From: an uncultured candidate division Zixibacteria bacterium
GTDB lineage: Bacteria > Zixibacteria > MSB-5A5 > UBA10806
Length of the DNA: 64,000 nt
Reading direction: 5' to 3'
Assembly (NCBI GenBank): GCA_963817915.1
Contig: CAWFQL010000016.1
Coordinates: forward strand, 390,094-454,093
The position numbers were made by a program, and so were the translations under genes. Positions 29,972 through 39,966 of the stretch are shown here, piece after piece. Within the stretch, counting starts at the first letter, position 1. The number at the start of each line of letters is the position of its first letter. The notes below the pieces were generated by a model, which saw nothing but the letters and a program-made list of their open reading frames with translations, was not told where the DNA came from and made no database searches.

Positions 29972-30469
29972 GTAGGCCGAAGGGCATGTCCTTTCGGCAG
30001 ATTTTTATGCCTCAGGATGGAAGGTCTTTTCGACATCCTGAGGCCTAACAGCTTAAGCGTCAGGATGTCATGTATTCCATCCTGACGCATATCCAACATG
30101 TGGTGTCGGATGCCCCCATCCGACACATTTCATTGCGCGATTTTATCGTCGGGTCAGGGGACTCGACGACACAAAAATGCATATCGAAACCGCGCGTGCG
30201 CCCGTCACGTTCGGGCCGACACATAGGTCGGCCCCTACGGGTGTCTATTTGATCATGATCGATAAAAGGATATAATTATTGTAGGGGCGAGGCAAGCCTC
30301 GCCCCTACAGAAGATTTGTGGTTTTTCATGGGCGGGTTTGAAACCCGCCCCTACGGGGGATTTGATTTTCAATCATTGGGATGAGATCAGCAGCTAACCG
30401 GTCGACGAAGCAATCTGAAGGAGGCTCCCACAGATTGCTTCGTTCGCCTGCGGCGGACTCGCAATGACA
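29972..30469. repeat. Heterogeneous REP/palindrome array (about 9 hairpins)
   Basis: Examples: GTAGGGGCGAGGCAAGCCTCGCCCCTAC, GGGCGGGTTTGAAACCCGCCCCTAC, CCTCAGGATG..CATCCTGAGG, GTGTCGGATG..CATCCGACAC, and a partial GAAGCAATC..GATTGCTTC..CGCAATGAC element. Confidence 0.85.
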
Positions 30470-30473
30470 AGTA

Positions 30474-31802
30474 TTATTGCGGGCCGGTGAGGCGGGAGGC
30501 GGTGTTGATGCCGGTGGTGGCTTCCTCGATGATGCCCATTTTGATATATATCGGATGTATCATTTTGCGTAACTGCGGCAGGCTGAACGCAAACGCAATC
30601 GCGGTCACAATACACAACGCCCCGCCAAACATCAAGGTCTCCGGCGCGCCGATCTTGCTCGCCAGGCTCCCGGCCATCAGGCTCCCGAATGGCGCCATCC
30701 CCATGAAGGCCATATTGTAGAAGCTCATCACGCGGCCTCGTTTGTCATCATCGACAATGGTCTGCAGCATGGTGTTGCATGAGGCGGTCGCCACCATCAT
30801 GCCGAAACCCGAGAAAAATAGTAGTACCATCGATAATGGCAATATTCTCGAAAACGAAAATGTTATCAGGCCCGCGCCGAAAACTACGATTGCTGTCGGT
30901 ATGATTCGTCCCAATCCCCGAACGGATTTTCGCGATGCCAAAAATATCGCACCCATCAAGGCGCCGAGGCCGGTGGTTGCCATCAGGATTCCCATGGTGC
31001 TGGGGCCGCCATGGAGCACATCCTTAGCAAAAATCGGCATGAGGACGATGTAATTCATTCCGAATAAGCTGACCATACTGATAGTAAATAGAATCGTCCT
31101 GATCGGCATGAATCCGAAGACATACCCGAAGCCGTCCTTCATATTCTGCCAGACATGGGTATTGAGCGCGGTGATATGGCGCGGCTTAATTTTCATGGCG
31201 AATAACGCCGCTATGACCGCGATGTAACTTATACCATCGATCAGAAAGCAGTACCCCTCGCCAACCCAGGCGATGAGCAACCCGGCCACCGATGGTCCGA
31301 TCAGCCGCGCGCCGTTGAACATCGAGGAATTGAGCGCGATGGCGTTGCTGAGATCGTTCTTGTCCTCGACCATCTCGATTAAGAATGATTGCCGTCCGGG
31401 CATATCGACAGTATTGATCAGCCCCTGAAAAACATTGAGGACGATTATATGCCAGACCTGTATCAAGCCGGTCAATGCCAATATCGCTAACATGAAGGAT
31501 TGTATCATCGCCAATGTCTGAGTAATAACCAGCACGCGATGGCGGTTCCAGCGATCAACCAATGCCCCCGCTATCGGAGCCAGCACGAATGTCGGTATCT
31601 GACTCGAGAAGCTGACCAGCCCCAATAGAAATGGCGATTTTGTCATTCGATAAACGAGCCAGGCGGTGGCCACGCGGGTCATCCAGGTACCGATAAGCGA
31701 TATCCCTTGTCCGCCGAAGAAGAGACGATAGTTGCGGTGCCGCAGAGCGCGGACCAGGAATTTGACGCCGGTGGGCGATTTTGATTTTGGGTTATCTGGC
31801 AT
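30474..31802 (-). CDS. MFS transporter
   Basis: ALRHRNYRLFF.GQ.ISLIGTWM, G.LVDRWNR and RGRVMS with about 12 TM helices. Confidence 0.92.
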   Translation of the reverse strand: MPDNPKSKSPTGVKFLVRALRHRNYRLFFGGQGISLIGTWMTRVATAWLVYRMTKSPFLLGLVSFSSQIPTFVLAPIAGALVDRWNRHRVLVITQTLAMIQSFMLAILALTGLIQVWHIIVLNVFQGLINTVDMPGRQSFLIEMVEDKNDLSNAIALNSSMFNGARLIGPSVAGLLIAWVGEGYCFLIDGISYIAVIAALFAMKIKPRHITALNTHVWQNMKDGFGYVFGFMPIRTILFTISMVSLFGMNYIVLMPIFAKDVLHGGPSTMGILMATTGLGALMGAIFLASRKSVRGLGRIIPTAIVVFGAGLITFSFSRILPLSMVLLFFSGFGMMVATASCNTMLQTIVDDDKRGRVMSFYNMAFMGMAPFGSLMAGSLASKIGAPETLMFGGALCIVTAIAFAFSLPQLRKMIHPIYIKMGIIEEATTGINTASRLTGPQ

Positions 31803-31860
31803 AGACAGAAAAGCGGGCTGTTGCCCGCTCGTTTACTTATTACTGATTGCTACTGTACAT

Positions 31861-32613
31861 CTACTTCAAGACTTCAAAATCAGACAGTTGAGTGCTCATT
31901 GAAAATCTCATTTTGAAGATTCCTAAAAAGGCTTTGGCAAATCCTTTTGCCCGGGTTGCTGTCATGACGACTAGCCCTCCCTCCAGGGGCTCGAAGTCCA
32001 TTTCGACAGAGAATTCCTTTAAGGCCCCCTCCGGCCTTGGCACTACAAAACTCATTTTACTAATAAAGAAGCTTTGACGATCGACCGTCATGTCGCCCTT
32101 GACCTGACCCTCTTTGGGCGGATCAGACTTCGGCGAAACCGCAATTATATATGACGAATCGTTGGTCTCGGTCAAGGAAAAATTATAATCGGGGTTGTCG
32201 GAGTTCAAAGAAAATTCAATTCCGATAGATTTTTCTTCCTTGCCGGAGGATTTTTCCTCCTTCTTTTTGTCCCCGCCCTTTGTAGAATAAATTGTTTCGC
32301 GCGAGGTTTCTATTTTGCCGTCCATGGTGACCAGTGTATTGAATGTGTCGGCCTTATCGATTGAGCCGTCTTTTTTGAGCTCATTCATGATCACGAATTC
32401 TTTGTATTTGTATTTGGTATGAGCCAGCAATGTATCTTGATAACGCGTGACCGAATCGGCCTTGGCGAGGATATCTTTTACGGTCAATTGCGCGAAGGCA
32501 TTAACCGATGAAAACAAAAACGCCATCACAATAAAAGCGCATAAAAAATATAGATGATTCGATTTGTATCTTTGTCGATCAGGTCCCACTATTGATAAAT
32601 TTGTAATTATCAT
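31861..32613 (-). CDS. Hypothetical secreted protein
   Basis: Signal peptide ending NAFA and a beta-rich body. The true start may be downstream. Confidence 0.65.
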   Translation of the reverse strand: MIITNLSIVGPDRQRYKSNHLYFLCAFIVMAFLFSSVNAFAQLTVKDILAKADSVTRYQDTLLAHTKYKYKEFVIMNELKKDGSIDKADTFNTLVTMDGKIETSRETIYSTKGGDKKKEEKSSGKEEKSIGIEFSLNSDNPDYNFSLTETNDSSYIIAVSPKSDPPKEGQVKGDMTVDRQSFFISKMSFVVPRPEGALKEFSVEMDFEPLEGGLVVMTATRAKGFAKAFLGIFKMRFSMSTQLSDFEVLK

Positions 32614-32681
32614 CTACGAATGTCAAGGGGTTTCGCCTTGACCCCGCAAATCAGGCGATATATTTTATGCAAGGCAAAAGA

Positions 32682-32901
32682 TGTCATTGCGAGGAGACCG
32701 GCTTTTGCCGGTCGACGAAGCAATCTGAAGGCAGCCCACAGATTGCTTCGCTCCTTTCAGTCGCTCGCAATGACAAAAAGGGAGAAATAAATAATTTTGC
32801 TAGCGTCATTGCGAGGAGACCGGCTTCTTGCCGGTCGACGAAGCAATCTGAAGGATGCTGCCCGCAGATTGCTTCACTCCCTTCGGTCGCGCGCAAAGAC
32901 A
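32682..32901. repeat. Two tandem ~95-bp composite palindromic elements GTCATTGCGAG..GAAGCAATC..GATTGCTTC..CGCAATGAC
   Basis: Copies at 32682-32775 and 32804-32901, with partial copies at 30397-30469 and 36313-36365. Confidence 0.85.
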
Positions 32902-32918
32902 ATTGAGATGAGGATAAT

Positions 32919-34325
32919 TTGGACAAAGTAAATTTTAACAAGGTGACGACAGACCTGATCGGGTCACTGAAGACCATTGTCGGCGATAGCAATGTCATCA
33001 CCGATAAATTCGATCTCGAACCGTACTCGCACGATGAGACCGAGGACCTGGTATTCTATCCCGAGGTGGCGGTGAAGCCGCTTTCGACCGACGAGATATC
33101 CGAAATCATGAAATTCTGCTACGACGCCAATGTCCCGGTCACCACGCGCGGTGGAGGCACGGGGCTTTCGGGCGGAGCGTTGGCGGTATATGGCGGAGTG
33201 ATTCTCTCCACCGAACGGATGAACAAGATTATCGAAATCGACAAAGAAAATCTCATGGTCACTGTCCAGCCGGGAGTGATAACATTCAATCTGCATCAGG
33301 CGGTCGAGGCCGAGGGGCTGTTCTATCCGGTCGATCCGGCATCGAAGGAATCATGCACGATCGGCGGCAATATCGCCGAATGCTCCGGCGGGCCGAGGGC
33401 GGTCAAATACGGTGTTACCAAGGATTATGTCTATGGGCTGACCTGTGTATTGCCCGATGGCAAGGTATTCAAGACCGGCGGCAAGCTTCTGAAAAATGTC
33501 ACCGGCTATAATCTGACTCAACTTATTGTCGGCTCCGAGGGGACATTGTGTATTGTAACCGAAATTATCTTGAAGCTGTTGCCATTGCCGAAATACAAAC
33601 GGACGATGCTTGCGCCATTCGATTCATTGGAAAAGGCGGCCCGGGCGCTGGCTGATATCTTCATGGCGAAAATTATTCCCGCGGCGGCGGAGTTTATCGA
33701 GAGGGCGGCGATACAGGCGGCGGAGCAGAAGCTCGAAAAGAAATTCCCGCATTCCGATTCCGAAGCGTTACTGCTTTTTGAAATCAGCGGGGATCGCGAG
33801 GATATGCTCGATGAGCAGGCCGAGAAGATCGGCGAAATCTGTCTGGAGCATGACGCCGCCGATGTCTTCGTGGCCGATAACGCCGAAAAGCAGGCCGAGA
33901 TGTGGCAGATGCGCCGCAATATCGGCGAGGCGGTGAAATCGATCGCTATCTATAAAGAAGAAGATACGGTGGTGCCGCGCGCCCGGGTGCCGGAACTGAT
34001 GGCCAAGATCGCGGCCATATCGAAAAAACATGGCATACTGACTATCTCGTACGGCCATGCCGGCGATGGCAATATCCATGTCAATATCATCAAGAAAGAT
34101 ATCTCCGATGACGACTGGAATAACAAATTGCCGCTCGTTATAGAAGAGCTATTCCGCGAGGTTGTGATACTCGGCGGATCGATCTCGGGCGAGCATGGTA
34201 TCGGATGGGTGCAGAAGGGGTATCTGCCGTTGGCCTTGAGCGAAATCGAAATCGATCTCATGCGCAAAATCAAAAACTCCTTCGACCCCAAAGGGATCCT
34301 GAATCCGGGGAAGCTGCTGCCGTAG
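32919..34325 (+). CDS. FAD-linked oxidase, GlcD/D-lactate dehydrogenase family
   Basis: RGGGTGLSGGA, PVDPAS, GSEGTL, GHAGDGNIH, SGEHGIG and DPKGILNPGK. Confidence 0.93.
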   Translation: MDKVNFNKVTTDLIGSLKTIVGDSNVITDKFDLEPYSHDETEDLVFYPEVAVKPLSTDEISEIMKFCYDANVPVTTRGGGTGLSGGALAVYGGVILSTERMNKIIEIDKENLMVTVQPGVITFNLHQAVEAEGLFYPVDPASKESCTIGGNIAECSGGPRAVKYGVTKDYVYGLTCVLPDGKVFKTGGKLLKNVTGYNLTQLIVGSEGTLCIVTEIILKLLPLPKYKRTMLAPFDSLEKAARALADIFMAKIIPAAAEFIERAAIQAAEQKLEKKFPHSDSEALLLFEISGDREDMLDEQAEKIGEICLEHDAADVFVADNAEKQAEMWQMRRNIGEAVKSIAIYKEEDTVVPRARVPELMAKIAAISKKHGILTISYGHAGDGNIHVNIIKKDISDDDWNNKLPLVIEELFREVVILGGSISGEHGIGWVQKGYLPLALSEIEIDLMRKIKNSFDPKGILNPGKLLP

Positions 34326-34360
34326 GAGTCTGTGCTAGCAGGAATCCCTTCCTGCCTGCG

Positions 34361-35771
34361 TACATGTTATCGTCAGGAAAGGGTTCCTGACGACGCGATA
34401 AAAGCATATATATCTTATTGATATAATTAACTTAAAGAGCTTTGAAAATCCTCTTCTGGTGATAAGGCGATAGAATTGACTATCGAAGGCTGAATATACC
34501 CAGATAATCCTTCTATCTTTGTCTGTAAACCAGAAAGGTCTTCAATGGAAATATATTTGCAGAACTCGCTAAGCCCAATTTTCCTAAATGTGGGACGCAA
34601 TATTTCGCCCATCACCTTTTCTTGCCGATTTAATGGTGCCACTATAAACAGCTCCATTCTTAGGGCTGAAACAACAGAAAGCAAATCTGACATTCTTAAT
34701 AGTCCAGAGTAAATACTTGTAGTTGATTCTATTTCAAATGCACAAACCGGCGAATTTTGTTTAATCCAGATTATATCAATCAAAGATATTCGTCTTGTAG
34801 CTTCTTCATTAAGTCCCAGATTGGGAAGCTCTTTTAGGCAACCAGTACCTAGAGTAGTACCTTTATATTTTCGGTTTCTATCGTTCGAGGCAATCCACAC
34901 CGAACAACCCGCGGCTTTCCCGATTTGGATGAGGGATAATTGAGCTTTTGAATGTATCGATTCTTCTTCTTTTGATCCAAAATTATCTTCTGGCAAAATG
35001 CTTAAATCTTTATTTGAAGTAGCTTTTGATGGCTTTATTGGTTTATTTGTTTTCAATCGTCTAGATTTTAAGGGTTTTTTCTTTTTGGATTTCTGTTTAC
35101 TTGCTAGTTGCCTATCTTCATAAGCTTGCGATAATAAGTTTTCGAGGTTTTCTTTAAAATAATTAATGCTGTTTTTCTGCGATTTAATTGATTTAATAAT
35201 AACTTCAGCCGATTTTTCTGAAAGTTTTTGTTGACCTAAAATACCCCATCCGTATGAGGGTCCCCATTCTTCCGTAAGCGAATCCCTTATTTCGCCCAAT
35301 ATCAAAGGTCTATCATCAGGCAATAATATTGAATTGAACCGCAATGGTATTCTATTTGGATAAAGACCATTATCCCAGATTTTTTCTCTAGAGAAAAAGG
35401 GTTCGCCCGAGATCTCAGCTAAAGCCGCAAGCTTTTTATCCACAATAATTGCAAGACTATCGCCTTTTTGCCAATCTTTGAATCTGTTTGGCTCACTTCC
35501 CCAAATGGAATGCTTAAAACATGTAAGCAATTGAAATTCATCAACCGTAGAAAGGCGTAATCGCATTTTCCGAACCTCTTTTCTTACGAACCGAAATACA
35601 ATATGCCAATACCTGGATTTAAATTAGCATTATTCTATCAATTGTACAACAATATTTTTAGCGGGCCAACACATGGGTCGGCCCCTACCTGTCATGCCGC
35701 ACTTGATGCGGCATCCATCCTATATGTTTCTTACATGTTATCGTCAGGAAAGGGTTTCTGACGACGCAATA
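34361..35771 (+). repeat. 40-bp direct repeats (34361-34400, 35732-35771) bracketing the EVE-nuclease gene
   Basis: TACATGTTATCGTCAGGAAAGGGTT(C/T)CTGACGACGC(G/A)ATA, 38/40 identical and containing a hairpin. Confidence 0.88.
34427..35566 (-). CDS. EVE/PUA-like domain fused to a PD-(D/E)XK restriction-endonuclease-like domain
   Basis: N-terminal WG...KGD.L......A....EPF....IW...YP.RI, a Lys-rich linker, and C-terminal IDIIW...AFEIESTTSIYSGLLRMSDL. Confidence 0.72.
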   Translation of the reverse strand: MRLRLSTVDEFQLLTCFKHSIWGSEPNRFKDWQKGDSLAIIVDKKLAALAEISGEPFFSREKIWDNGLYPNRIPLRFNSILLPDDRPLILGEIRDSLTEEWGPSYGWGILGQQKLSEKSAEVIIKSIKSQKNSINYFKENLENLLSQAYEDRQLASKQKSKKKKPLKSRRLKTNKPIKPSKATSNKDLSILPEDNFGSKEEESIHSKAQLSLIQIGKAAGCSVWIASNDRNRKYKGTTLGTGCLKELPNLGLNEEATRRISLIDIIWIKQNSPVCAFEIESTTSIYSGLLRMSDLLSVVSALRMELFIVAPLNRQEKVMGEILRPTFRKIGLSEFCKYISIEDLSGLQTKIEGLSGYIQPSIVNSIALSPEEDFQSSLS

Positions 35772-36427
35772 GATTTCCCCGTAGGGGTCGGGTAACCCGA
35801 CCCCTACAATTGCATTATTCACAATAACAATGCGATCGATTAATATTATATTTTTCGTAGGGGCGTATTGCATACGCTCCGCAAGATGGGCATCCGCCGC
35901 GGCGGACGACCTTACGAAATTTTAGCTGCGTGTCACAGTTTACTGTGACCGCAAGCTGTGCTTCTAGCGGTCAAAGCAAGCTTTGACACGCAACAATAAT
36001 TGATGCGACCACGAAATTCATGTTGGGGATTCAATATATTGAATCCCTACGGGAGCATTTGTTACGTTTACGCGAGGGCTTGATGAATCAAGCCCTACCA
36101 ATACATGATTTATTGTAGGGGCGGGTTTGAAACCCGCCCCTACGGGAGCATTCGTTACGTTTCCTGCAAATCACGGCCCGCCCGCCTGAGGCGGGGTTTA
36201 CCGTGACCGCATCTTGTCTATGTATGCGGTCAGGGCAAGCCCTGACTCGCAACAAGATTGCCCGGCTGTCGGGTTTTCGTCCGGGGCGCACTCAAACGCC
36301 GACCTACAATCTAAGCAATCCGAAAGCTGTTTATAGATTGCTTCGTCGACCGGCAACAGCCGGTTGGCGTGGTGTCGGGTCGCCTGACCCGACACGATAC
36401 ACGGTCGGGTGAGGCCACCCGACCGCA
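35661..36427. repeat. Large heterogeneous REP/palindrome array (about 15 hairpins)
   Basis: GTAG/CTAC-tagged, TGCG..CGCA, GTCATG and GAAGCAATC families separated by short AT-rich spacers. Confidence 0.9.
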
Positions 36428-36439
36428 CAATTGATTATC

Positions 36440-37628
36440 TTACATCACTCTGCAGATATATCCCTTGAGGTATTCGGATTCGGGGAATGAGACGCGGACG
36501 GGATGATCGATGCCCTGCGAAAGCTTCCTTATAACCTGAATCTCTTTACCGGCATCAGTCGAGGCCCAGAACAAGACGGTCTGCAATGTCTGCGAATCAA
36601 CCGCGCCGGAGCATGAGAAGGTCGCTAAGATACCGTTGGGATTCAAAATATTCATGGCCGACATATTGATATCCTTATAGGCGGATAAGGCTTTTTTGAG
36701 ATCGTTTTTGGTCGGCGCGAATTTCGGCGGATCGAGAATAATCATATCGAATTTGCGGCCGTCATCCTTCATCTGGCGCAAGGTATTGAAAACATCGCCG
36801 CAGATATATTCAACCGGCTGATCCAATTTGTTGAGCTTGATATTCTCGTTCGCTATTGCAAGGCTGGCCGCCGAGCTGTCGAGCAGGGTTGCCGACTTGG
36901 CGCCGTTCGCGAGCGCGTACACCGAGAATGCCCCCGAATGACAGAAGCAATCGAGAATATCGCGGCCATTGGCGAATTCCGCCGCGGCCTGCCGGTTGTC
37001 TCGTTGATCGAGATAAAACCCGGTCTTCTGCCCGGATTTGATATTGACCTTGAATTGATGATTGTTCTCGTTGATTGTTATATATTCCGGCGGCTCACTT
37101 CCGGCGAGCAAGCCCTTGTGCTGGCCCAGCCCTTCTAATTTGCGGACATCGACATCGCTTCGTTCGTAGATGCCTGTAGGCGATAGCGATTTTTCAAGAT
37201 GCGATACGATTATATCTTTTACCCGTTCGATTCCCGATGATAGAATCTGGATGACGATATATTCGCCGTATCGATCGACTATCAATCCGGGGAGCATATC
37301 TGATTCACTGTAAACGAGACGATATGAGTCTGTGCCTGAATTGCTGATTAATCTTTCACGGCGGGCAATCGACGCATCTAATTTCTCGCGCCACCAATCA
37401 TCATCGATGGCTGTCTTCTCGTCCCATTCCAAGAGCCGAACAGATATCTGCGACTTGGAATTGTAATAACCATAGGCGATGAAATTATTATCGGAATCCT
37501 CGACTTCTGACAATCTCGCCGGGCGCGATAGAATTGCCGACCTGCTTAATCCCGCCCGAGAATATCCAGGGATGATGCTGGCGGGCGGATTTGTCTCTGC
37601 CCGGTTTTAGAATAATATTTGCTATCAT
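36440..37628 (-). CDS. rlmI: 23S rRNA m5C1962 methyltransferase RlmI family; frameshift ~37512
   Basis: HPWIFSG PUA N-terminus (5' frame), SESD.LPGLIVDRY, GQKTGFYLDQRDNR, LDPPKF and YLK. Confidence 0.88.
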
Positions 37629-37641
37629 GCACTCCGCATTT

Positions 37642-39939
37642 CTAATCGACTTCGCATAGTACAGCCGAAAAAGTGTTAAAGATTATTTTCTTGGGCTTAA
37701 GAGGAAGTATCGGCAGCTCGATTTCCGCTTCGGGCTTATCGACCATTATTTTCAAATGAATATAGCGGTCGTCATCAAACAAAACCGTAATTGGTACAAT
37801 CATCGCAAAACCATCGGAAACATTTTTCTGTATAACATTGAGGCCCACTTTATATTTATTCTCGGGGGTTTTGACAGATGTATAGTCGTATTTATATTTG
37901 GGAATTTCGGTGCCGTAAACCCATTGATTGAAAAACCAGGTCATATCGCTGCCGATATGATCTTCAAGCAGTTTCTGGAGCAGAGGAGTTGTTATAATCT
38001 TATCTTTATATTTAACCGCCAGGTCTTTCAGGAAATTGGCGAAAGCGTCATCCGAGCCGGTCTTGTAGTCGTGCATCAGGTAACGGATCATATGGAAAAT
38101 ATACGCGCCCTTATTATAAACCAGATTTTGATAATCATCTGATTTGGAAGACGCCAACCGCGCTCCAAGCACAACCGGCCCGGCCTTAGATCCAACCGAA
38201 TTTACACCGGTGCCGGTCATAATATCCTGCCGCCAGGAATTCAGGATATTGTTGCAGGCATTCGTCTTCTTCTCGGACAATTGATAAAACCAGAAGCCGC
38301 AATATTGAGCCAACCCCTCGGTAATCCAGGTATCGCGATCTATTTCCTTGTCGACTACGTGCCCCCACCATTGATGGGCGACTTCGTGCGCCCGGAATTG
38401 CACGTCCTGCCCCTCAAGTCCTTCGGTCTGATATGTAGACCATGACAGATAGATCAGGCCCGGCGAACCCTGGCCCATATTTATTGGAATTTCGGTCGCC
38501 TTGATTGTATCAAAAGGACATGGTCCGAATAGGCTGGTAAAGAATGCCATACTGTTGGTGACATCGGCGCCGACCCTTCCGATCATATCGGCACTTGACA
38601 GAATCCCCTCCTTCTCCGCAAGATATAAGGCCAATTCGGTGTGGGGAATATTATTTGATATATAAACTTTTACAGGCGGAAGATTCGGGACAGTGATCAT
38701 CTTGCTATCGAAATTCCCGATATTAAATGAAACATACTCAACCGGCTTGGTGACAAGCCATTTCGAGATGGCGCGTCCGTCTTGAATTATAGTCGATGTA
38801 TTATCGCCGCAAGCCACAACCTGATAATGCTCGGGGCTATTGAATGTCATATCGAAAGTGGCACAGTCTCTGAAGGGATTTCCCGGATACCATCCTGATC
38901 CGCTCTTACAATAAAATACACCCCAGATATTCTCAAGACTCTTACATTCATAATTGATAAAGATGGAATCGATTTTGCCCAATTCGGCGGGCTTGCTTAG
39001 AACCAGCCCGAAGCCGCTTTCGTCTTTACTGCAGAACCAGAAAAGGGAATTTCCATCGGAATCGGTTACCGATAATATCTTGTTCTTATCATACCAGTAA
39101 AAATGAAGAGCTCGAATCCCCATTCTTAACGGCGTAAATTTTATCCAGCAATTAGATATCATCTTGCCGCCGCCCTCGATCCGCGAATCGATATTATAAC
39201 TTGAAATATCAATAGCATTCACCCCTCGCTGAGAAGGCAAAAGACTATCCGGCGAGCAGGCGCCCAAAATATCGGCAGTCTTGGCCCCGGCAGTCCGGCG
39301 CAATTTGCAAAGCGTGTAAAGATCATCGTTAGACGGATCCTCAATAAACAATAGATGACCGAATTTCAGAACCTCGCAATCGGCGAGGAGGAAAAATCCG
39401 GGCTGGCCTGAAAGGGCATCGCCCATTACGCAATTAGGGAGATATTGACCCAGGTTGGCATACGAATCTTTCAGGGTATTCGAGAAAATGCCCCAGGCGT
39501 CTTTTGATACTGTGCCTCTTGAAAATTTGGATGTATCGATAATAGAAGCAAGATCAATCGAAAATACCAGTGTTGCGTTGATAAACGATCCGTTCAGCGT
39601 ATCCGCCTCGGTAAATTTGCGCATTTGATAGGTTTCGACCTTATCGGGCGGATTATATACTATTTTCCCGCTACCCCTGTACACCATAGCCAACGGCCGT
39701 CCGGAGCCAAAATCGAATAGGGTTACATCGCCCGCGCCGAAATAATAACTTATGGGACCGCGTGTAATGCTAAGGGTGTCAATTCGCCCGTAAAGGACTG
39801 ATTGTTTTTCGCCCTCCATCATATTATCGATGATTGTCCCGGCAATCTCTTGCGAAAAAACGGGGATATTAAGGCAGAAAAGGATTTGCAGAACAGCGAA
39901 AACAATTATTTTCAGTCTCGGCCAGGCTATTGAATGCAT
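37642..39939 (-). CDS. M1 family aminopeptidase
   Basis: AHEVAHQWWG..W.TEGLA (HExxH-x18-E) and YNKGA, with a signal peptide. Confidence 0.88.
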   Translation of the reverse strand: MHSIAWPRLKIIVFAVLQILFCLNIPVFSQEIAGTIIDNMMEGEKQSVLYGRIDTLSITRGPISYYFGAGDVTLFDFGSGRPLAMVYRGSGKIVYNPPDKVETYQMRKFTEADTLNGSFINATLVFSIDLASIIDTSKFSRGTVSKDAWGIFSNTLKDSYANLGQYLPNCVMGDALSGQPGFFLLADCEVLKFGHLLFIEDPSNDDLYTLCKLRRTAGAKTADILGACSPDSLLPSQRGVNAIDISSYNIDSRIEGGGKMISNCWIKFTPLRMGIRALHFYWYDKNKILSVTDSDGNSLFWFCSKDESGFGLVLSKPAELGKIDSIFINYECKSLENIWGVFYCKSGSGWYPGNPFRDCATFDMTFNSPEHYQVVACGDNTSTIIQDGRAISKWLVTKPVEYVSFNIGNFDSKMITVPNLPPVKVYISNNIPHTELALYLAEKEGILSSADMIGRVGADVTNSMAFFTSLFGPCPFDTIKATEIPINMGQGSPGLIYLSWSTYQTEGLEGQDVQFRAHEVAHQWWGHVVDKEIDRDTWITEGLAQYCGFWFYQLSEKKTNACNNILNSWRQDIMTGTGVNSVGSKAGPVVLGARLASSKSDDYQNLVYNKGAYIFHMIRYLMHDYKTGSDDAFANFLKDLAVKYKDKIITTPLLQKLLEDHIGSDMTWFFNQWVYGTEIPKYKYDYTSVKTPENKYKVGLNVIQKNVSDGFAMIVPITVLFDDDRYIHLKIMVDKPEAEIELPILPLKPKKIIFNTFSAVLCEVD

Positions 39940-39966
39940 CGTTCCCCCTTTAAGGATTTATTTTAT

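Noticed and set aside
35661..36427. CRISPR array
   Set aside because: The units are not identical repeats, the spacing is irregular and no cas genes are present.
35685..36428. Short ORFs across REP arrays (also 29863..30252, 32667..33001, 56352..56555, 57796..58047, 62045..62407)
   Set aside because: They are translations of palindromic repeats with no protein-like features.
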